Origin: Acaryochloris marina S15
GTDB lineage: Bacteria > Cyanobacteriota > Cyanobacteriia > Thermosynechococcales > Thermosynechococcaceae
Assembly (NCBI RefSeq): GCF_018336915.1
Contig: NZ_CP064923.1
Location: 990,001-1,022,000 of the forward strand
Direction of reading: 5' to 3'
DNA length: 32,000 nt
Shown: positions 8,182 to 16,066 of the stretch, one piece after another
How positions within the stretch are numbered: the first letter of the stretch is position 1
How the letters are laid out: the number at the start of each line of letters is the position of its first letter
Program-made: the position numbers and the translations under genes
Notes under the pieces: model-generated
Database searches by the model: none
What the model was told of the DNA's origin: nothing
What the model saw: only the letters and a program-made list of their open reading frames with translations

Positions 8182-9696
8182 TTATCCCAGAAAAAGCTGG
8201 TAGGCAGGGTTTTGACTTTCATCAGAATAGGGATAGCCCAAGGTATCTAAGAAGGATTGCCATTCATTCATTTCATCAGGGGGCACCTGGGTTCCCACCA
8301 CAATGCGCCCATAATCCGCACCATTATTCCGATAGTGAAACAGGCTAATATTCCAATCAGGACTCATGCAGCCTAAAAACTTGGTTAGGGCACCAGGGCG
8401 TTCCGGAAATTCAAATCGATAGAGCAGTTCATTGCCAGCCATGGGCGAACGGCCCCCCACCATATGTCGCAGGTGTAGCTTTGCTAATTCGTCATCGGTG
8501 AGGTCCAAGGTTTTAAACCCTTGTGCTTCCAAAGCTTGAGCGATCTGAGCCGCATCAGCTCGGTTCTGAATTTGCACACCAATAAAAATATGGGCTTCCT
8601 GGCGATCGGCAATTCGGTAATTGAACTCTGTCAAATTATGGTTGCCTAGACAGGCACAAAACTTGCGAAAGCTACCCCGCTCCTCCGGAATTGTGACTGC
8701 AAAAATAGCTTCTCGCCGTTCTCCTAACTCGGCCCGTTCTGCTACAAATCGCAGCCGATCAAAGTTCATATTAGCGCCGCAGGCTAAGGCCACCAGGGTT
8801 TGGTCCTGGAGTTGCTCCCGCTCAATATAGGCTTTTGCTCCTGCCAGTGCTAAAGCTCCCGCCGGCTCCAGGATAGAGCGAGTGTCTTCAAAGACATCCT
8901 TGATAGCAGCACAGGTATCGTCTGTATTTACTAAGACGACCTCATCTACATACTCTTGGCAGAGACGAAACGTTTCTTTGCCTACTTCGCGGACCGCCAC
9001 GCCATCGGCAAATAACCCCACATGGGAGAGGCGCACTCGCTTACCTACCTGTAACGATTGATGCATAGCCGCCGCATCCACCGGTTCAACCCCAATAATC
9101 CGAATCTCGGGACGCAACCGCTTGATATAGGCCGCAATCCCCGAAATTAACCCCCCTCCACCAATGGCAATAAAAATGGCATGGATCGGCTTTTGGTATT
9201 GGCGCAAAATTTCCATGCCGATGGTGCCTTGGCCCGCAATCACATCCGGGTCATCAAAGGGATGGATAAACGTTAGCCCCTTTTCGTCTGAGAGCTGGCG
9301 GGCATGGACATAGGCATCGTCGTAGGTATCCCCATAGAGCACCACTTGGCCACCCCGTGCTTTCACGGCGTCAACTTTGACATTGGGCGTGGTTACTGGC
9401 ATCACAATCAGAGCCGTTGTGCCTAATTGTCGTGCTCCTAACGCTACCCCCTGGGCATGGTTGCCCGCAGAAGCAGCAATTACCCCTTGGTGAAGCTGAT
9501 CGGAGGGGAGTTGGGCCATTTTGTTATAGGCCCCCCGCAACTTAAAAGAAAATACCGACTGCATATCTTCTCGTTTCAGGAGAATACGGTTCTGCAAGCG
9601 GTCAGAAAGGCGGGGAGCCAATTCCAGTGGACTTTCCTGTGCCACATCGTAGACCCGCGCTGTCAGGATGCGTTCAAGATAATCTGGATGACTCAC
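8182..9696 (-). CDS. ilvA: Biosynthetic threonine ammonia-lyase (threonine deaminase)
   Basis: 504 aa. PLP-lysine context SVFSFKLRGAYN, a glycine loop GGGGLISG, and two C-terminal ACT-like regulatory repeats. The stop lies 3 nt before the lrgA ATG. Confidence 0.93.
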   Translation of the reverse strand: MSHPDYLERILTARVYDVAQESPLELAPRLSDRLQNRILLKREDMQSVFSFKLRGAYNKMAQLPSDQLHQGVIAASAGNHAQGVALGARQLGTTALIVMPVTTPNVKVDAVKARGGQVVLYGDTYDDAYVHARQLSDEKGLTFIHPFDDPDVIAGQGTIGMEILRQYQKPIHAIFIAIGGGGLISGIAAYIKRLRPEIRIIGVEPVDAAAMHQSLQVGKRVRLSHVGLFADGVAVREVGKETFRLCQEYVDEVVLVNTDDTCAAIKDVFEDTRSILEPAGALALAGAKAYIEREQLQDQTLVALACGANMNFDRLRFVAERAELGERREAIFAVTIPEERGSFRKFCACLGNHNLTEFNYRIADRQEAHIFIGVQIQNRADAAQIAQALEAQGFKTLDLTDDELAKLHLRHMVGGRSPMAGNELLYRFEFPERPGALTKFLGCMSPDWNISLFHYRNNGADYGRIVVGTQVPPDEMNEWQSFLDTLGYPYSDESQNPAYQLFLG

Positions 9697-9798
9697 AGGG
9701 CGTCCTTGCCGGTTTCAAAAGCGAAAGAATTAACTCTACTTTACGCTTTCTTACAACCGAAAGACGAGCCTCAAGCTCGGGTAGATGCCGAGGATAGG

Positions 9799-10473
9799 TT
9801 AGAGCTGCCCTAATAATTGGGACAGATCGACAATCTCAGGGAATTTAGTGATCACTTGAGAACAGGATTTGACAAACCCTTTGACCCACTTCTGAGCCAA
9901 CTCTTTCTGCTGGTCGTCTAGAGACTCGGACGGATCTGCTGAGAAGGTAACGGGTTGCGATCGCTGAATTTGAAACTGTTCAAACCAGTCATTTTGGGGA
10001 CGTGCCGCTTGCAAATAATTAGTCGTGATGGCCGCACCTAAAAAGGTGGTGCTACTTTCTTGTAGTTGATTCAAGATTTGCAGCAACGCATCGGCAGTAA
10101 CGGTGGGTTGAGGCGGACTAACGGCAGGCTCAGGTAACGGGACACTCGCCGTCTGGTTCGGAGTTTGGGATTCTCCCAAAATGGCAAAAATGCGCTGTTC
10201 AACTTCTTTTAGTTGAGGTTCGGGAGTAAACGATTGTGCAGTCAACCCCTGATGATACTGAACGAGGGTATCTAACTGCCGGATCATCAGATCAATTTCA
10301 CCGCCACTATAAAGGCTCTTTAGAACCTGCTCGAGATCCATAAAGGTGGAAAAATCATCGCCCATATCCTCTACTTGGGACAAATACGGATCTTTCTGAC
10401 GATAGAGCTTCCGTATATAGTAATTGGTCATGGGTGAGATCTTGGTAGGCACAATCGAACCTTTACTGCGCAA
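9799..10473 (-). CDS. Hypothetical protein
   Basis: 224-aa ORF from a TTG. The more likely start is ATG 10431 (MTNYYIRKLY). It has a Pro/Gln-rich middle and no recognised family. Confidence 0.55.
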   Translation of the reverse strand: MRSKGSIVPTKISPMTNYYIRKLYRQKDPYLSQVEDMGDDFSTFMDLEQVLKSLYSGGEIDLMIRQLDTLVQYHQGLTAQSFTPEPQLKEVEQRIFAILGESQTPNQTASVPLPEPAVSPPQPTVTADALLQILNQLQESSTTFLGAAITTNYLQAARPQNDWFEQFQIQRSQPVTFSADPSESLDDQQKELAQKWVKGFVKSCSQVITKFPEIVDLSQLLGQL

Positions 10474-11035
10474 ATAAGGTCAAAGAAGTTGATTCTAAGG
10501 TGAAGCTCCTATATTTAGGTTACACATTCTCTGAGATTGATCAGACACTCAAACAACCTTTAGCAGAAGAAAAAATTGCTTTAAGGTCAAAATGCTTAAA
10601 AGCAGGATTATTTCGCTGATTTACGAAGTTAAAATTCCTACTGAAATAGAATAAAAAGACTGCAAATCCGTAATTTCACCGATTTAGTCTCATCAGAAGA
10701 TATGTAATCCTAATAAATATTATTCTTAAGCAAAATATTGTTTTACTGTTTATATCAAAGAGTTCTTAGACTATAAATTTTGTCCTAAAGTACCTTCCAG
10801 ATTCAGTGAGTGATGCTTTGCATCCACTGCTCATGAGTATTCTGACAAACTCTTATTTTTTACAGACAATATCTTCATCATTAAATCTGCCTGATTAGTA
10901 GAATCGCACTTCAAAAAGGGCATTCTTTAGATAGACAAAGTTCTCTGCACGGTTCGCGATTCCAGAGGACATTTGTTGGCTTATCAGTCTTAGGTCCATT
11001 TGAGCCTTTGCTAAGTAACGAATGCCCATTCGTCA
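10474..11035. promoter_or_regulatory. Long AT-rich divergent intergenic region upstream of the V4R/PBP-like operon
   Basis: About 560 bp without a credible ORF and visibly AT-rich (10560-10900). It is flanked by divergently oriented genes and contains a 16-bp palindrome ACGAATGCCCATTCGT at 11018-11033. I could not place specific -35/-10 boxes with confidence. Confidence 0.5.
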
Positions 11036-11779
11036 TTGAAATTACATAAAAAAGGGTTAGTCTCAATGGTTTTTACACCAGCTGAAACCGCTGCCAGTAT
11101 GCCTGTAGGTAACACTGGTCGTTCATTCAAGCAATCGTACCCTCACAAGCTAAATCACTATCGCTTTGAGGATTTCTTTACCTTTAATCATGCAAAAGGC
11201 ACAATCGACGATTGGCATGAATCTCGCAATATTCTGGCGAGTGAAGATTTTATTGTGGCCTTGATCGAAGGTTTAGAACAGGAAGTCGGTAGCGCTTCAA
11301 CGGTTGTGATGTACAACATCGGCCAAGAGTGGGGCAAGCAAGATGCAGTCTTTTTCCAAAATTGGTTTGAAGCTCAGTTCCAACAATCTCTACGTAAATG
11401 CCGTCCCTCTCTTGCCTTAGAAGCTTGGTGGTGGCCCTTTACTAGCCAGGGCTGGGGGAATTGGGAAGTTGATCTAGACAATCAGCAAAACGGTTTCATG
11501 TTTATCAATATTTTCGATTCTGCCGTTGCCCGCACCCTGGGAGATGTCGGCAAGCCTGTCTGCCATATTTATGCAGGCTTATTCGCTGGCTTCTTCTCTC
11601 ACCTGGTGAATAAAGAACTCAGCTGTATCGAAACCCAATGCTATGCCATGGGTGAAACCTACTGCAAATTCTTGCTGGGCAAAAAAGATCGTATTGATGC
11701 TGCCACATTTTGGCAAAACGAAGGCGCTACAGCCCGAGATATTGAAACCAAGCTTCATGGTGGGGAATACCTATCGTGA
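11036..11779 (+). CDS. V4R (4-vinyl reductase) domain protein, slr0144-like
   Basis: C-terminal V4R-type Cys pattern (PVCHIYAGLFAGFFSHL...CIETQCYAMGETYCKF). It is a paralog of the 12623-13312 product. The likely real start is ATG 11066 (MVFTPAE), with AAGGG 10 nt upstream. Confidence 0.8.
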   Translation: MKLHKKGLVSMVFTPAETAASMPVGNTGRSFKQSYPHKLNHYRFEDFFTFNHAKGTIDDWHESRNILASEDFIVALIEGLEQEVGSASTVVMYNIGQEWGKQDAVFFQNWFEAQFQQSLRKCRPSLALEAWWWPFTSQGWGNWEVDLDNQQNGFMFINIFDSAVARTLGDVGKPVCHIYAGLFAGFFSHLVNKELSCIETQCYAMGETYCKFLLGKKDRIDAATFWQNEGATARDIETKLHGGEYLS

Positions 11780-12129
11780 ATAGTTGGAAATATCTAACGG
11801 TTCGTGAATTTCTAGAAGGATATAACTGGTCAGGACAACCGATTCCCCAAGCTGACCCTATCCCTGAAGCAAGTGAGTCTATTGCATGGCAACGTCAGAC
11901 GGTACAGACATTTTTTAGTCAATTCAATTGGACAGGACGCCCGGTAGAGAAACCAGCGATTGTAGCGGCCGCTCCATCCTTCTCTACTCGTTTAAGTGTG
12001 CAGGCGTTTTTTCAGCATTTCACCTGGGAGGGGCAACCTAATATTGCGGCGATGCCCAACATTCCCCCATCATCCTCGATCACGATTGAGGATGATCTGA
12101 ATCTAAATGACTTCTCGGATATGTTTTGA
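11776..12129 (+). CDS. Small protein with three V-x-x-F-[FL]-x-x-[FY]-[NT]-W-x-G-x-P repeats (slr0145 position)
   Basis: 117-aa ORF whose GTG start overlaps the upstream stop (GTGA). It carries three internal repeats at residues 9-22, 43-56 and 75-88. Confidence 0.65.
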   Translation: MNSWKYLTVREFLEGYNWSGQPIPQADPIPEASESIAWQRQTVQTFFSQFNWTGRPVEKPAIVAAAPSFSTRLSVQAFFQHFTWEGQPNIAAMPNIPPSSSITIEDDLNLNDFSDMF

Positions 12130-12623
12130 GGATTACCATGCAATCAAACTTTGAAGATTATCTGCGAGCCGCAGAGGATCATTATTTACAAACCCCAGAA
12201 ATGAACGGTTTCAAACAGCAGGTCGATGCCCTGCAAGATCGACTAGCCCTTTATGAAACCCTACGAGATCAGGAACTGATTATTTTTCAGGCCATTGCCG
12301 ATCAGTTAAACAATGAGACCTTCTCCAATTCCCAATCTGATCAAGAGAAAGTGTTTACCCACTGGATGTCGCTGTTACGCTATAGCGCCATGGCCATGCT
12401 CACGGATCAGCCCCAAACCCTCACCAGCCAACTGAGCTGGCTCAAGGATGTGGTGGGTGGAAGTGAATTTACCCCCCTTCACCAGAAGATGAGTGAGCTG
12501 TTGCACCTGAGTTTAGATGCCGTTTTATCCCAGGATCAACTTGCACTACTAGAGCCTTTCCTCCAAGAGGCAAATAACACTCTGGTAGGCCAAAGCAGCC
12601 CCGAATTAGCAATGTTGAGTTAA
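12126..12623 (+). CDS. Phycobiliprotein-like (globin-fold) protein lacking the bilin Cys (slr0146 position)
   Basis: It aligns by eye with the 13871-14338 paralog and with phycobiliprotein helices (…LLRYSAMAMLTDQ…). The probable start is ATG 12138 after GAGGA. Confidence 0.7.
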   Translation: MRITMQSNFEDYLRAAEDHYLQTPEMNGFKQQVDALQDRLALYETLRDQELIIFQAIADQLNNETFSNSQSDQEKVFTHWMSLLRYSAMAMLTDQPQTLTSQLSWLKDVVGGSEFTPLHQKMSELLHLSLDAVLSQDQLALLEPFLQEANNTLVGQSSPELAMLS

Positions 12624-13312
12624 TGACCAGAGGAAAAAATATGATTGCTGTTGAAGAATTAATTGGTCAAAACCACATCCCCGGTAATTTCTTTGCACCA
12701 GAGGTCTATGTGCAAGGAGATACCGAACTAGGGCTGATCGAGAACCGAGAAGGATCTCGGCTCATTGCCCTGCCTGATACCCTACTCAAATCTTTATACA
12801 GTAGCTTAGAGCATGAGGTCGGTCCCGCTGCTGATTTAGTTCTGAAGCAATGTGGTCGTTGGTGGGGCAAGAATTTTTACCGCCGGTTTGCCTCAGAAGT
12901 CAGCGACTACTACGGCAAAACCCTGGCTGAGATGGAAATGGTGGAATTCTTACAGTCCTTCAAGGAATGTTGGAAAACCTACGGCTGGGGCCTAATCGAT
13001 TTTGATTTTAGCCACCATCACCAAGGTTTTTTGGTGATCACCACCCAGAATTCTGCTTTCGCTCAAGCACGAGAAACAGGAGATAAACCCTCTTGCTTTG
13101 TAGAAATGGGGTTGCTCAGTACTTTTTTTAGCCAACTAACCGGGCGAGAGTTGGACGGAGTGCAAACATCCTGTGAGTCGATGCAAGCCGACTGCAATCA
13201 TTTCATCTTTGGATTGCCTGAGCGCATGAAAGCCGCTGAAGATTGGGTCAAAGAAGCACAGGACCATGACACCATCCTGGCTCGGTTATGTGATAGCCAA
13301 GCTGCAGGGTAG
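12623..13312 (+). CDS. V4R domain protein, slr0147-like
   Basis: V4R-type C-terminus (PSCFVEMGLLSTFFSQL...TSCESMQADCNHFIF). Its ATG overlaps the upstream TAA (TAATG), and there is an alternative ATG at 12641 after AGAGGA. Confidence 0.8.
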   Translation: MTRGKNMIAVEELIGQNHIPGNFFAPEVYVQGDTELGLIENREGSRLIALPDTLLKSLYSSLEHEVGPAADLVLKQCGRWWGKNFYRRFASEVSDYYGKTLAEMEMVEFLQSFKECWKTYGWGLIDFDFSHHHQGFLVITTQNSAFAQARETGDKPSCFVEMGLLSTFFSQLTGRELDGVQTSCESMQADCNHFIFGLPERMKAAEDWVKEAQDHDTILARLCDSQAAG

Positions 13313-13360
13313 GGCCATGTTGATGCAGTTGATGAATATTCCATTTTGGAGAAGTGAGCA

Positions 13361-13843
13361 ATGGCCAAAATAGTTAGGTTGGATCCGATTGGTCAAGAAA
13401 CAAGCGTGCCGACCAACGATAACTTGCTGTCAGCATTGCTTAAGAACGAGTTGAAAGTCCTCCATGAATGTGGAGGACGGGGGATGTGTGCAACCTGCCA
13501 TATTTTCATTAAAGACGGCATGGAGCATTTATCTCCCTTGAGTCGCCGCGAACAGCGAACATTGGGGGCAATCACCACCTGCAAACTGAATTCTCGCCTC
13601 GCTTGCCAAAGTAAGGTCATGGGAGAAGGGGTGGTTGTCGAACTCCCTACCGGTATGTATCTCAGTGATGTCAGTGACATCGATAGCCTGATCGGACGTC
13701 GAACGGAAGAAAATATCCTTCATCCTATTGATGGTCGTGTCTTAGTCGAAGCTGGAAAGCTGATTACCCGGTCCATGATCAGTCAGCTGGAAGAAACTCG
13801 TAGTGATGTATCCACTCACTTAGCCAATTCACAACTTGTATAA
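13361..13843 (+). CDS. Plant-type 2Fe-2S ferredoxin with ~60-aa C-terminal extension (Fd5/slr0148-like)
   Basis: Cluster ligands in the pattern C-x5-C-x2-C...C (CGGRGMCATCHIFI ... RLACQS). GGAG lies 10 nt upstream of the ATG. Confidence 0.88.
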   Translation: MAKIVRLDPIGQETSVPTNDNLLSALLKNELKVLHECGGRGMCATCHIFIKDGMEHLSPLSRREQRTLGAITTCKLNSRLACQSKVMGEGVVVELPTGMYLSDVSDIDSLIGRRTEENILHPIDGRVLVEAGKLITRSMISQLEETRSDVSTHLANSQLV

Positions 13844-13870
13844 CAACAGATTTTATCTGGGGGAAATAAT

Positions 13871-14338
13871 ATGCTGTCACAATTGAAGCGACTGAACATT
13901 GAAGCAGATGGCCGGTATGCCACCGAGGCAGATCTAGCCTTTCTGAAATCCTATTTTCAATCCGTGCGCGACCGCATTAGCGCCTATGAAAAGATTAGGG
14001 ATGACGAAGACGCAATTATGGATCAAGCGGACGAGGTGTTAACGGCTGCGGATCCACAGGTTTTCCATAAAGGGTCTCAAGATTATTCCGACACTTGCCG
14101 ACGCGATCGCAGAAATACATTGCGTCATGCCGCCTCGGCCATGCTGTTTAACGATTTGGATTGGCTGCGAGATGATCTCCTACTCTGGCAGAGAACCATT
14201 GTGCATGCCGTCAAGGATGAGCAGGCCTCTACCCTAACTTGGCAAGAGATGCCGGGGGTCTTAAAAGACCATTTATCGGAAGAAGAAGCAGAGTTAATGA
14301 TGCCTGCGCTCCGCCTCAATCAGGCCTTATTGAATTAA
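13871..14338 (+). CDS. Phycobiliprotein-like protein retaining a C-x-R-D motif (slr0149 position)
   Basis: N-terminal ADGRY...(ADxQGRF-like) and TCRRDRRNTLRHAASAML, which matches the phycobiliprotein KCxRDxxYYLRxxxYxL region around Cys84. Confidence 0.8.
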   Translation: MLSQLKRLNIEADGRYATEADLAFLKSYFQSVRDRISAYEKIRDDEDAIMDQADEVLTAADPQVFHKGSQDYSDTCRRDRRNTLRHAASAMLFNDLDWLRDDLLLWQRTIVHAVKDEQASTLTWQEMPGVLKDHLSEEEAELMMPALRLNQALLN

Positions 14339-14383
14339 TCATTACGGAACCATTATTGAGAGTTTTTAGGATTTCTAGAAATT

Positions 14384-15409
14384 ATGTCAGCCTCACAAAA
14401 TACACCTGGGAGTAACAGTGACTCCAATTGGCTTGATCTTGCTGAACCAGTTGCGGTTGTAACCGCCATCGGTGGTTCAGTTCTCGCTATCATGCTTCAA
14501 CAAATCGCCGTAGCTTCTGCGGCTTCTATCCCATTGGCCCTATCAGCCACTCTAGGCCTGGCTAATCGCCGACGTCAAATGGGCGCGTTCCAAGATCAAC
14601 AACGTATGGAAATGGCCCATCTGCTCCAACAAAACCAAGCTGATTTCCAGGCTCAACTGGACCCGATGAAGCAGGCGAGTGAAGGGGTACAGTCTCAGAT
14701 TGAGCATCTCACCAAGCAGGATACTCAAACCGTACAAACCATTGCCACCCTCAATACTCAGACTGAGAAACTAGAGTCGACTATCGCCTCCCTACAAAAC
14801 AACCATAAGCAAGGGGAATCAACGGTCATCACCTTGAGCGAGCAAAGCCAAGCCACTCAAACCCAAATGGATGAGCTATCGACTCAGTTTCAGGCGATGC
14901 AAGCTGCGATCGCAAAGTTGCAATCTTCGGCCACAGACTTAGGAAGTCAGGTAGAAGATCAAAAGAGCAGTGCCCAATATCTAGCGGCCCAGACAGAAGG
15001 GGTTGAAGAACTCGTCGATATCCTGCGAGAGATTGATGCCCTAACTCAAACCATTTCAGCCAATCCGAACGTTGCGACTCATTTCTTTGAGCGAGGTCTG
15101 ACCCGTAAGCGTCTCCAGCGACTGGAGGATCAGCGCGTAGCCATGGAAGATTTCTCCCAGGCCATCCGCTTAGAGCCGACCTTCGCGAATGCCTACTACG
15201 AACGTGGACTGTTGAAATCTGAATTTGGTCATAAGCAGCATGCTGTAGATGATTTGCGTACAGCTGCTAAGTTCTACTTTGATCAAGGAGACTTGACTCA
15301 GTACGAAAAAGCCCGAGAGTTGAGCCAAGAGATTCACGACCTCATTGCCGGGTCTCCCTCCCCAGAAGAAGAAACGGAACAGTTCTTGCTCGAGAATCTG
15401 TTCGGTTAA
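14384..15409 (+). CDS. Membrane-anchored Gln-rich coiled-coil / TPR protein (slr0151-like)
   Basis: N-terminal hydrophobic helices (VAVVTAIGGSVLAIMLQQIAVASAASIPLALSATLGLA), about 150 aa of Q/T-rich heptad-like sequence, and C-terminal TPR units (AMEDFSQAIRLEPTFANAYYERGLL...). Confidence 0.8.
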   Translation: MSASQNTPGSNSDSNWLDLAEPVAVVTAIGGSVLAIMLQQIAVASAASIPLALSATLGLANRRRQMGAFQDQQRMEMAHLLQQNQADFQAQLDPMKQASEGVQSQIEHLTKQDTQTVQTIATLNTQTEKLESTIASLQNNHKQGESTVITLSEQSQATQTQMDELSTQFQAMQAAIAKLQSSATDLGSQVEDQKSSAQYLAAQTEGVEELVDILREIDALTQTISANPNVATHFFERGLTRKRLQRLEDQRVAMEDFSQAIRLEPTFANAYYERGLLKSEFGHKQHAVDDLRTAAKFYFDQGDLTQYEKARELSQEIHDLIAGSPSPEEETEQFLLENLFG

Positions 15410-15436
15410 GGCCAATACCTCTATCTTGAACGACCC

Positions 15437-15472
15437 ATTGCCCGTAGCGCTGATTTGACTGCTACGGGCAAT
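15437..15472. terminator. Perfect 12-bp-stem hairpin between convergent genes
   Basis: ATTGCCCGTAGC - 12 nt - GCTACGGGCAAT, followed by TCTTGTGTT on the plus strand. It lies 28 nt after the TPR gene stop and 28 nt before the convergent DUF302 stop. Confidence 0.65.
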
Positions 15473-15499
15473 TCTTGTGTTCAGGATTTTTGGTACATA

Positions 15500-16012
15500 T
15501 CACTCCTGGGTTGCCGCCTGGGCAAACTTAGCCAGCGCTTGCTCAATTTTGGTCAACACTGCATCACAGCCCTCTACCTGATGACGCTGTGCCAAATATT
15601 GGGGGTTGTTATAGGACAGCCAGACTTTGCCCGTTTTATCTTCTCGAATCAGAGCCTTTTGGGGTAAATCAATGGCCACGGTGGGACTACATTGCATCAG
15701 CGGCGTGCCCACCTTAGGATTACCAAACACCACTACTTCCGTAGGTGGCAGGGATTGCCCTACAGATTGAGCCCCCGCAGCATGATCAATCCGGGTAAAG
15801 ACTGTCATGCCTTTGTTCTTTAAAACCTGAACCAGCCGATCGGCAGTGGCGGCCACTGAATGCTGGCTTTCGACCTGAACTAGCCCTTGTTCGTCAGCCT
15901 GTTCAGTCGAATTCTCAGAGTCAGATTCCGCCATGGCTAGATGGGGAACCGCTCCTAAAGACAAACAGCAGGTACAACTCATCAGCAATAACAGTCTAGG
16001 CAACATATCCAA
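15500..16012 (-). CDS. Secreted DUF302 domain protein
   Basis: Signal peptide (LLLLMSCTCCLSLGAVPHLAMA) followed by a DUF302-like core (VFTRIDHAAGAQSVG...VVVFGNPKVGTPLM...IDLPQKALIRED). Confidence 0.75.
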   Translation of the reverse strand: MDMLPRLLLLMSCTCCLSLGAVPHLAMAESDSENSTEQADEQGLVQVESQHSVAATADRLVQVLKNKGMTVFTRIDHAAGAQSVGQSLPPTEVVVFGNPKVGTPLMQCSPTVAIDLPQKALIREDKTGKVWLSYNNPQYLAQRHQVEGCDAVLTKIEQALAKFAQAATQE

Positions 16013-16066
16013 TCCTCAAAATAGCTATATTCTTTAAGCAGTGTATACCTAGCGGCTCTTATCTCC

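Noticed and set aside
11036-15409. I considered presenting the V4R/PBP-like/ferredoxin/TPR cluster as a previously undescribed system.
   Set aside because: Gene order and domain content match my recollection of the published Synechocystis slr0144-slr0151 pap operon (Fd5, the Slr0151 TPR protein). It is reported as a known but mechanistically open system rather than a novel one.
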